DNA from: Patescibacteria group bacterium
GTDB taxonomy: Bacteria > Patescibacteriota > Patescibacteriia > XYB2-FULL-38-15
Direction: 5' to 3'
Assembly: GCA_041737355.1 (NCBI GenBank)
Contig: JBGSRW010000010.1
Coordinates: 3,935 to 67,934, forward strand
Length of the DNA stretch: 64,000 nucleotides
In this document: piece by piece, positions 8,028-16,109 of the stretch
Layout: every line of letters begins with the position of its first letter
How positions within the stretch are numbered: the stretch's first letter is position 1
Position numbers and translations under genes: made by a program
Notes under the pieces: model-generated
What the model was told of the DNA's origin: nothing
What the model saw: the letters and a program-made list of their open reading frames with translations, nothing else
The model's database searches: none

Positions 8028-8137
8028 CTTTTAAATTAACGCCAAATATGCTAAAATTAGGCTGTAATCAATAAATACGCGGCAATGGTCGTAACCGCGT
8101 TTAGCCTAAAAACGGATAATTATTAAATTAAAAATAT

Positions 8138-8497
8138 ATGGATTCATCATACAGCTCGCGCTCTACCAAGCCGTTATACCGCAGCACCCAGATTGTCTGG
8201 TATATCGTCGGCCTCCTTGAAGTGCTTTTGGCGTTCAGGTTCGTTTTAAAACTTCTTGCCGCCAATCCCGCGGCCGGTTTTACCAGCTTTATTTACGCTG
8301 TCAGTTATATTTTTGCCGCGCCGTTCCTTGCCGTTTTCCGCGTCACAAAAGTTGAAGGAAGTATTTTCGAATGGACGACCCTTTTGGCCATGGCCGTTTA
8401 CGCGCTCGTTGCCTGGGGCGTTGTCAGGCTTTTGTTCATGAGCAAGACGGTCTCCACTCCGGAAGCCGCGGAAAAATTGAACGAAGAAAACAAGTAA
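8138..8497 (+). CDS. YggT-like small membrane protein
   Basis: Two or three TM helices. Resembles the YggT/Ycf19 fold. Confidence 0.5.
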   Translation: MDSSYSSRSTKPLYRSTQIVWYIVGLLEVLLAFRFVLKLLAANPAAGFTSFIYAVSYIFAAPFLAVFRVTKVEGSIFEWTTLLAMAVYALVAWGVVRLLFMSKTVSTPEAAEKLNEENK

Positions 8498-8525
8498 TTT
8501 TTTCAAAAGTTAAAAGACAAAATTT

Positions 8526-8774
8526 ATGGGAATTATTCTTTGGATTATTTTCGGGGGACTGGTCGGCTGGGTCGCCTCCATGATTATGAAGACCAATGCG
8601 CAGCAGGGCATTATCCTGAATGTCATCGTCGGCATTGTCGGCGCGGTATTGGGCGGCTGGATCATGAGCTTATTCGGTAAAAGCGGGGTGGGTACTTTTA
8701 ATTTGTACAGTTTCCTCGTGGCGCTGCTCGGAGCAATTGTCCTTGTCGCGATTGTGAAGGCCTTGAGGCGTTAA
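8526..8774 (+). CDS. GlsB/YeaQ/YmgE family stress-response membrane protein
   Basis: Gly-rich TM repeats GGLVGW...GIVGAVLGGWI. Confidence 0.7.
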   Translation: MGIILWIIFGGLVGWVASMIMKTNAQQGIILNVIVGIVGAVLGGWIMSLFGKSGVGTFNLYSFLVALLGAIVLVAIVKALRR

Positions 8775-8794
8775 AGATATAGAATAAATTAGAG

Positions 8795-8824
8795 GGCGCG
8801 GGGTATAATCCCCGCGCTTTTTGG
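8795..8824 (+). terminator. Rho-independent terminator, identical palindrome to the one at 7992
   Basis: ggcgcggggtataatccccgcgc followed by tttttgg. Confidence 0.8.
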
Positions 8825-8890
8825 TAAAAAAAAGGAGAGGGGCGCGGGGCGCTCCCTCTCGGGGGTTTGATGTTGTCCGGATGGGGCGGG

Positions 8891-9214
8891 CTAGTAGCGG
8901 ACGGTGCACTTCCGGCAGTCAGGAAGGACGGCCTTGGACATCGTGTCCATGATCGCCTCGACCTGGTGCCGGCGTGCCTCTTTGCGCGCCTGGAAGGCGT
9001 TCACGAGCTGGACCTTGAGGCCGGTCTGCTCCTCGTCCGGCACGTCCTGGAGTACGAGCATCGCGTCGAGGTGTCCGGCGCAGAAGGCGAGATCGACCGG
9101 CATCGGGCCGAGCGTGGCGACTTCCTTGCCGGACTTGCGGAGAATGACGTTGCATTCGCAGCCGCAGCCGCAGAAAAGAACCTCGATCGTGTAGGTCAAA
9201 AGTTCGATTCCCAT
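8891..9214 (-). CDS. Cys-rich hypothetical protein (CGCGCEC ... C...C..C)
   Basis: Internal Met with a GGAGGAG RBS. GC-rich. The upstream part of the annotated ORF has no RBS. Confidence 0.55.
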   Translation of the reverse strand: MGIELLTYTIEVLFCGCGCECNVILRKSGKEVATLGPMPVDLAFCAGHLDAMLVLQDVPDEEQTGLKVQLVNAFQARKEARRHQVEAIMDTMSKAVLPDCRKCTVRY

Positions 9215-9326
9215 CTTTTTTCTCCTCCTTCTTTTTCCGCCGGGGCTTTTCGCCCGGGCGGCTAATCCTAATTTCAGGATACCCCTTAATATATCATTTT
9301 TTCGGTCAATTGTCAACCCCCGCGCT

Positions 9327-9355
9327 TTGACTTTAAGCCAGGTTTTTGGGATAAT
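9327..9355 (+). promoter_or_regulatory. Sigma70-like promoter (TTGACT, 17 nt, GATAAT) for the defense-island operon
   Basis: Hexamers with 17-nt spacing, 36 nt upstream of the 9391 ATG. Confidence 0.55.
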
Positions 9356-9390
9356 TGAGGAAAGAATTCTATTAATTTATTTCATAAAAT

Positions 9391-12300
9391 ATGAATGGTC
9401 AATTCGTAAAAGAATATATAGTTACGGTTTCCGAAAAATACAAAACCGGCCAAGCCAAAGAGCACGCTTACCGTCCGGCGCTAGAAAAGTTGTTTCAAGA
9501 TATTACTGGTCTTGAGGTAATTAATGATCCAAAACAGAGCGAATATGGTGCGCCGGATTTTGTTTTTATAAAAGATAAACTCGCTTTGGCTTATGCGGAA
9601 GCTAAAGATGTCAAAGTGTCTCTTGACGAAATTGAAAAAAGCGAACAGGTCGTCAGATATTTTGGTTACTCGAACTTGATTTTAACCAATTATCTTGAAT
9701 TCAGATTTTTTCGCAATGGAGAAAAATATGGTGAACCAATAAAAATTGCCGAAATTATAGATAACAAAATAATACCGGCCGAAAGCAGCACTCATTTGCA
9801 GGATGAAATTGCGGAATTTATCGCTCAAGCTAAAGAACCGATAAAATCAGGCGCTTTGTTGGCAAAAGTTATGGCTGGAAAAGCCCGTCGTATTCGTGAT
9901 AATATCAGTGTTTTTTTGGCAAAGGATGGCCCCGAAAATCAAAGTTTGATGGATATTTACAATGTTATAAGAAAAATGCTTCTCCCGGATTTGGATTATG
10001 AGCGATTTGCGGATATGTATGCGCAAACCGTTGTTTATGGTTTGTTTGTCGCTCGATATCATGATGAATCACCAGGGACATTTTCCCGACAGGAGGCGCG
10101 CGATTTGATGCCGGCGTCAAATCCGTTTTTACGTGAATTTTTTAACCACATCGCCGGTCCATCATACGATCCGCGCATAGAATTTATTGTGAAGGAACTT
10201 TGTGAAGAATTCGGGCATGCCGATGTGTCAGCCATTGTCCATAATTATTATAAAACTGAAAAAGATAATAATCGCGATCCGATAATTCATTTCTATGAAG
10301 ATTTTTTGAAGGAGTATGATCCTAAATCGCGCATGAAATTAGGTGTTTTCTATACGCCATTGCCGGTTGCCCGTTTCATTGTACGTTCAGTAGATGAAAT
10401 TTTAAAAAAAGATTTTAAGTTAGCCGGGCTGTCTGATTCTTCTGAAATCGAAATAAAAAAACAAATCCAAAATAATAAAGTTAAAGCGACCGAACGTGTC
10501 CATAAGGTGCAAATTTTGGATCCCGCGACCGGGACAGGAACATTTCTCAATGAAGTTATTTCACTTGTCCATGAATCATTCGTCGGGCAAGAAGGCAGAT
10601 GGCCAAGCTATGTTCGAGAAGATTTTTTACCGCGCTTGCATGGTTTTGAATTGATGATGGCCTCTTATGTTATTGCGCATTTAAAACTTTCGTCGTCTTT
10701 CAAGGAAACAGGCGTGGATTTGGATGGTACATGGTTAGGCGTCTATCTCACAAATTCTTTGGAAAAAGCAAAAAAAGAAGACGATACTCTATTTGCCGGA
10801 TTGGGATTTGATAAGGCAATTACAGCTGAATCAAAGGCTGCTGGAAAGATAAAGACGGAGTTGCCAATTATGGTAGTGCTAGGGAACCCGCCTTATAGCG
10901 GAGTTTCGTCGAATGAAACGGAATATGCCAATAGCCTCGTGGAAAAATACAAAGTTGAACCAGGCGGAAAGCAAAAATTGCAAGAACGTAAACACTGGCT
11001 GAATGACGATTATGTAAAATTTATCGCCTTGGCCGAGAACATGGTTGAAAAAAACGGCGAAGGCATCGTGGGTTACATTACAAACCATGGCTATCTTGAC
11101 AATCAGACCTTCCGCGGCATGCGCTGGCATCTCATGGATACTTTTGATTCGATATATGTGTTCGATCTCCATGGAAATGCGAAGAAGCACGAAGTTTCGC
11201 CGGACGGCAGCAAGGATGAAAATGTATTTGATATCCAGCAAGGCGTGGCGATTATAATTGCCGTTAAGACAGGAGTGAAAAAGGCCGGAAACTTGGCAAA
11301 AGTGTATCGGGCTGATCTGTGGGGAAAGAGAGAGCATAAATTTGAACGGCTTAACGAACTTTCGATTGAAAACACAAAATGGCTATCGCTCAAACCTCGA
11401 ACGCCCTATTTATTTTTTGCGCCGGAAGGCTCGATGAAACTTGAGACTGAATATCAAATCGGATTTAGTATAAACGAACTTTTTGTTGAAAATAGCACCG
11501 GTATTGTAACTATGGGGGACGGTTTTATTATTGGCGAAGATAAAGAATCGCTTGAAAACAGAGTCGTGAATTTTTTACGCGATGATGATTCAGAAAATAT
11601 ACTGAAAGAAAACTTTAACCTAGGTAAAAATTACGCAAAGTGGATTATCGGCAACAAAAAAGATATCGTAGTTGATCATGATAAAATTACTACATTTTCT
11701 TATCGTCCGTTTGATGATAGATATACCTATTTTGATAACAAGCTTGTCTGGCGGCCGCGTACAAAGATTATGCGAAATTTTGTTAAAAAAAATAACATAG
11801 GGTTGATTGCAACAAGGCTTAATCGTCAGTTAAGTAGCGGTTATTTTTTCTTAACAAGTAAAATTGTAGATTTTCACATATTGGATAGCGCTGGAGATTC
11901 AACATCTGCTTTTCCACTTTATCTTTATTTTGAAGATGGCACAAAAAGTTCTAATCTTAAAAAAGAAATGGTATCAGAAATTGAAAAAATCGTCGGGGAT
12001 GTTGTACCCGAAAATATTTTCGATTATATCTATGCGGTTTTGCATTCGCCGAGTTATCGAGAAAAATACAAAGAGTTTTTGAAAATAGATTTTCCGCGCG
12101 TGCCATATCCGAAAAATGAGAAACAATTTTTCGCGTTAGCCAAGTTGGGCGAGGAGTTGCGGCATTTGCACTTGCTGGAAAGTCCAAAAGTTGAAAAATT
12201 TATCACTACTTATCCCGAGGCGGGAGAGAATTTGGTGGAGAAAGTCGTCTACAAAGACGGCAAAGTTTACATCAACGCTTCGCAATATTTTGGCGGCGTG

Positions 12301-12477
12301 CCGGAAGTCGCGTGGGATTTTTACATCGGCGGTTATCAGCCGGCGCAGAAATGGCTGAAAGATCGCAAAGGCCGCAAGCTCACGAATGCCGATATTGAAC
12401 ATTATCAGAAAATCATCGTGGCACTCGTTGAGACGGATAGAATAATGAAGGAAATCGACAAAAATATATCCATCTAA
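9391..12477 (+). CDS. Type IIG/IIL restriction-modification enzyme (MmeI-like): N-terminal PD-ExK nuclease fused to a gamma-class N6-adenine DNA methyltransferase and a target-recognition domain
   Basis: PD...EAK motif (APDFVFIK...AEAKD) near the N-terminus. Methyltransferase motif I ILDPATGTGTFL. Motif IV VVLGNPPYSG. 1028 aa. Low GC. Confidence 0.8.
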   Translation: MNGQFVKEYIVTVSEKYKTGQAKEHAYRPALEKLFQDITGLEVINDPKQSEYGAPDFVFIKDKLALAYAEAKDVKVSLDEIEKSEQVVRYFGYSNLILTNYLEFRFFRNGEKYGEPIKIAEIIDNKIIPAESSTHLQDEIAEFIAQAKEPIKSGALLAKVMAGKARRIRDNISVFLAKDGPENQSLMDIYNVIRKMLLPDLDYERFADMYAQTVVYGLFVARYHDESPGTFSRQEARDLMPASNPFLREFFNHIAGPSYDPRIEFIVKELCEEFGHADVSAIVHNYYKTEKDNNRDPIIHFYEDFLKEYDPKSRMKLGVFYTPLPVARFIVRSVDEILKKDFKLAGLSDSSEIEIKKQIQNNKVKATERVHKVQILDPATGTGTFLNEVISLVHESFVGQEGRWPSYVREDFLPRLHGFELMMASYVIAHLKLSSSFKETGVDLDGTWLGVYLTNSLEKAKKEDDTLFAGLGFDKAITAESKAAGKIKTELPIMVVLGNPPYSGVSSNETEYANSLVEKYKVEPGGKQKLQERKHWLNDDYVKFIALAENMVEKNGEGIVGYITNHGYLDNQTFRGMRWHLMDTFDSIYVFDLHGNAKKHEVSPDGSKDENVFDIQQGVAIIIAVKTGVKKAGNLAKVYRADLWGKREHKFERLNELSIENTKWLSLKPRTPYLFFAPEGSMKLETEYQIGFSINELFVENSTGIVTMGDGFIIGEDKESLENRVVNFLRDDDSENILKENFNLGKNYAKWIIGNKKDIVVDHDKITTFSYRPFDDRYTYFDNKLVWRPRTKIMRNFVKKNNIGLIATRLNRQLSSGYFFLTSKIVDFHILDSAGDSTSAFPLYLYFEDGTKSSNLKKEMVSEIEKIVGDVVPENIFDYIYAVLHSPSYREKYKEFLKIDFPRVPYPKNEKQFFALAKLGEELRHLHLLESPKVEKFITTYPEAGENLVEKVVYKDGKVYINASQYFGGVPEVAWDFYIGGYQPAQKWLKDRKGRKLTNADIEHYQKIIVALVETDRIMKEIDKNISI

Positions 12478-12478
12478 T

Positions 12479-12895
12479 ATGTACGAAGAAAATGGCAACG
12501 TAATAAATATAAAAGCAGCTAGGTTGAGCGCTGATCCCAGGATAGTCGGATTATTTACAAAGGATAAAAGATTGATAGAAAAAGTTATTTATTGTGTTTT
12601 CTATCCAAAAAAAGAGTTGCATGTTTATCGGGAGAGTTCGGAAGAAAAAGGTGAATATAGTTGCGAGATTTATGATTTTGAAGATGTGGTTCCAAAATTT
12701 AGGGAAAAATTAGGTGAAAAATTTGTCAGAGAAGATGGTGTCGAGAGCCTAGAACAAAATCAGCTCATCAAAAAATTTTTTATTGCGGGCATTAAATTAT
12801 TCAGTTATGAAAATATTACAGAAGAGGATAGAAAAATAATTGAGGAAATTTTTATTTCCGCAAAAAGAAAAGTTGATGAGAGAATTAAAGGGTAA
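12479..12895 (+). CDS. Hypothetical protein (138 aa) in the defense operon
   Basis: Starts 2 nt after the stop of the type IIG enzyme gene. No recognizable motif. Confidence 0.5.
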   Translation: MYEENGNVINIKAARLSADPRIVGLFTKDKRLIEKVIYCVFYPKKELHVYRESSEEKGEYSCEIYDFEDVVPKFREKLGEKFVREDGVESLEQNQLIKKFFIAGIKLFSYENITEEDRKIIEEIFISAKRKVDERIKG

Positions 12896-12919
12896 TTTAA
12901 TTTTTTTTGAAATAAATTA

Positions 12920-14338
12920 ATGGAAATAGACTTTGGCACAATTGCTGATAAAATATCGTACGACAAATACGAAGATATTGACAGCAAGATAAGAGATGAT
13001 TTGGGTTTGGACCAGGCCATGGACTTTATATCCAACAAGATTGCTCCCCAGGTTAATACGAGATTATTAAACGTCGCCTACCTGCCCTATCTTTTGTCCG
13101 GAGTTGATTTCGCCTCTAACCAGGTTAAAATTTATCAGCAAAATAATAAAATAAAGGATCGCGCTCAATTGAGAAGGCGATTTTTATTTTGGCTTGACTT
13201 GTTCGAGTTCTGCTTGGCCTGGACTTTCAAAGAAAATAATGAAAAATCTTTTATTGGAATGCAAAAAAATCAATTTGAAAAAAATATTTTTTTAGAATTT
13301 TTAAATAACCTGGCTAATACTGATCTAAAAAAAGATCTATCCTTTCGGGGTAAATTTTTAACTAGCCGGCTTTCTTACGCTTTTGACAGGCATAAATATA
13401 CTATGCAAATGTTGGGTTTAGTTGAGCCGATGCAGGGTACGCATAGCGTTTATCAGGTCAGTAATGTTGATTGTTTGAAAGATTCTCCACTTTATAAAAC
13501 CATGAGATACCTTAATTACGAGTTATCTCCCAACGAGGTCGTAAAAAGTTTTTATAAAGCGTATTTTGAAAAAAATAAAAAAAATATAACCTTAAAAAAT
13601 AAAAAATTTGGCCGAAAACTCTGGGACGATATTTTATTTGACGAAGTGACACTTAAACAATTTTTGCCAGAATATTTGCCGGCCATAGCCATGAGAGATA
13701 TTAGTTACGATAAGATTATCGCCAATACAATTGAACTCAAGAAAAAAATAGAAACCAGCAAGGGAGAAATTTTTTCTCGAGAGCTTATTTCCAGGGATGA
13801 GTATAAAAAGCTTTTGGGAAAGATTGACTTTTCAGCCAAAAAACTTGATCCGAATGTAGATTTATTTTTAGCTCTGCTCAGGATTCTCAATTATTTTTAT
13901 TATACGCCCAGGCAGATGCTGAATGAAATCAACAGGATGATAAAAAACGATAATTACGCGACCCTGGATAAAGTTAAAAATAGGCTGATAAAAACATATG
14001 AATGGCAGGAGAAAAGCCGGGATTTTAACGATGGGAAAATGACAAAATTTCTCGGGAAAATAGCTGAGATAGATGATACTTTTGGAAGTGTCTTAGATTT
14101 CTTGAAAAGTTTTTATAAAAAAGAAAACCAGCATGATCCGTTAAATTTGATAAAGGTTTTAGGAGAAAGAGTTTCGCGGGTTAAGGGATTAGGTGGACAA
14201 GTTTATTCAGTGTCCAATAACCAGATATCTATTAATGACCAGGAATATAGGGAAAAATTTAAAATTGCTACCACGATTGAGCCTTATTATTCGCGCTTAG
14301 GCATTTTAAAAATGATTTATCGGCAATGCCATGAATAA
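12920..14338 (+). CDS. Hypothetical protein (472 aa) in the defense operon
   Basis: Long ORF with island-typical low GC. No recognizable motif. Overlaps the next gene by 8 nt. Confidence 0.6.
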   Translation: MEIDFGTIADKISYDKYEDIDSKIRDDLGLDQAMDFISNKIAPQVNTRLLNVAYLPYLLSGVDFASNQVKIYQQNNKIKDRAQLRRRFLFWLDLFEFCLAWTFKENNEKSFIGMQKNQFEKNIFLEFLNNLANTDLKKDLSFRGKFLTSRLSYAFDRHKYTMQMLGLVEPMQGTHSVYQVSNVDCLKDSPLYKTMRYLNYELSPNEVVKSFYKAYFEKNKKNITLKNKKFGRKLWDDILFDEVTLKQFLPEYLPAIAMRDISYDKIIANTIELKKKIETSKGEIFSRELISRDEYKKLLGKIDFSAKKLDPNVDLFLALLRILNYFYYTPRQMLNEINRMIKNDNYATLDKVKNRLIKTYEWQEKSRDFNDGKMTKFLGKIAEIDDTFGSVLDFLKSFYKKENQHDPLNLIKVLGERVSRVKGLGGQVYSVSNNQISINDQEYREKFKIATTIEPYYSRLGILKMIYRQCHE

Positions 14339-16100
14339 TTTTTCTAAAAGCAGCAAGGTTAAAGACATTTTTAAAAAGCCCAAAGGCTTTGAGCTGAAAG
14401 AGGCAATTGTCTTTACCTATTCCCTGGAAAGCAGTTTTTTGTATGATGCCTTTTTGCCTTTTTTATGCAATAACAATACCGGCGAATGGATCAGGGATAG
14501 GTCTAACCATCTGAAAGTTTTTATAAACTCCAGCAGCCTGTCGGGCGAATTGCCTTTAAATTTATTAGGCAATATAAATCAGATTAAGACAGCTGAAAAT
14601 TCTTCTTTCCATCCTAAAATTTATTTTTTTAAATATCGAAAAGATAAAAAAGTTTTTTGTCAGATGGTTCTCGGCTCTTTCAACCTGACGGCAGACGGCT
14701 TTAATCAGAATAATGAATTCTACGCCTCGTTGTCAGGCGGGAAGAAGAACAAGTCAGGGCAGAAGCAAAAGCAGAGCTTGATAAAGTTTGTCGAGTTAGC
14801 TTTAAACGCTGCACTGGCGCTCGCTCCCAGCGAACGGAGAGAAAATCTGGCAAGAATAAAATCAATCATTGAATTTTTGGATTGGCCTGATGGGGTAGAA
14901 TTTTATTTTACCGCACCTAAATATTCAGGAAAGGAGATGGGTTTTTCGGGAAATAAATGTATTATGGTTTCTCCCTTTTGGGACGCCGCTGCCATCAACC
15001 GTTTGTCGAAGAATGCCAAACAAGTGTCATTATATTATAATTATCTATCCGAGGCCGACGCAGCGCCTTTTGAGCCGAAAAAAATAGAAGGATCAAATAA
15101 ATTTTCCTGTTTCCAGCTGAACGAAAAAAAATTAGACAAAAAGAAGCTGCACGGGAAATTATATTATTTTGGTGACGAAAAGTTCGGAAATATTTATCTT
15201 GGTTCCGCAAATTGCACGAGCAGGGCGGTTATCAGGGGGAAAAATTATGAAGCCGGCCTAGTTTTTAAGGCTAATTATCAACATTTGAAAAACTGGCTAG
15301 ACGATAAATTTAAAAAAGTTGAATTTCCCCAAAATTATTATCAAGATAAGCTAGCTGAAGACAAAAATAAAAAAGATTATGACAATGTTTATAATATGCT
15401 GGAGGCCGGGTTTTTTGTCCAAAACTCAAAAATGGCTGTAGTTATTAAAATCGAAAAACCCGAGATGTTAAAAAAATATAAGCTTACTTGTCATGACCGG
15501 CCCATTGATGATTCGCCCTTCCAAATCCCAATAGGGGAGACAAAAAATTTACCAGGCTCAATTGAAGTATTGATAAGTGAAACTTCCTACCAGTTACCAA
15601 TATCAGGTACGTATGAGCAAGAGCGGGGACCAATTAAATATCTGGATTATGAGGGCTGGTATAACTTCAAAAAAAATTACATTTCCTTGAAGTGTAATTC
15701 GCCGGAGGATCTGTTGGATTTGTATCTGGATAATATTGCCATTGATGATTTTTTTGAATTTGGCGGAGAGATGATGTTTAACAGCAATTGGCGCGAAAGA
15801 AAATTTCCTTACAAAAAATTAATGGAGCTACTTTATGGCAGCCCTGTTTTGGCAAAAATTAATTTATCTAGCAGATGCCTCAATTTTATTGAAGGCTTAG
15901 CAGCCCGGGACGATTTTGGCGAAAGAAAGAGAGGAGTTTTTTTTGCTGATTTTGAAAATTATGACAATGAAAAAGAATACCGCGATGCCTTTTTTGTTTA
16001 CTGGAAAAAATATCTGAACGAGAATAAAAAATCCCTTGACCGTGAATCGCGGATAAAAGTAAAAAAGCTGCTTGTAAAAATAGAGGCCTTGAGAAAATAA
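14331..16100 (+). CDS. Phospholipase D-family nuclease with two HKD-like motifs
   Basis: HPKIYFF...LGSFNLT and HGKLYYFGDE...LGSANCT, each HxK...GSxN, separated by about 180 aa. About 290-aa C-terminal extension. Confidence 0.7.
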   Translation: MNNFSKSSKVKDIFKKPKGFELKEAIVFTYSLESSFLYDAFLPFLCNNNTGEWIRDRSNHLKVFINSSSLSGELPLNLLGNINQIKTAENSSFHPKIYFFKYRKDKKVFCQMVLGSFNLTADGFNQNNEFYASLSGGKKNKSGQKQKQSLIKFVELALNAALALAPSERRENLARIKSIIEFLDWPDGVEFYFTAPKYSGKEMGFSGNKCIMVSPFWDAAAINRLSKNAKQVSLYYNYLSEADAAPFEPKKIEGSNKFSCFQLNEKKLDKKKLHGKLYYFGDEKFGNIYLGSANCTSRAVIRGKNYEAGLVFKANYQHLKNWLDDKFKKVEFPQNYYQDKLAEDKNKKDYDNVYNMLEAGFFVQNSKMAVVIKIEKPEMLKKYKLTCHDRPIDDSPFQIPIGETKNLPGSIEVLISETSYQLPISGTYEQERGPIKYLDYEGWYNFKKNYISLKCNSPEDLLDLYLDNIAIDDFFEFGGEMMFNSNWRERKFPYKKLMELLYGSPVLAKINLSSRCLNFIEGLAARDDFGERKRGVFFADFENYDNEKEYRDAFFVYWKKYLNENKKSLDRESRIKVKKLLVKIEALRK

Positions 16101-16109
16101 TTTTTTTAA

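Noticed and set aside
8030-8137. Stem-loop (taggct...cgcgg-loop-ccgcg...agccta) upstream of the YggT-like gene as a candidate riboswitch
   Set aside because: No match to any riboswitch consensus I can recall (the fluoride riboswitch was considered). Could be a simple attenuator; insufficient evidence.
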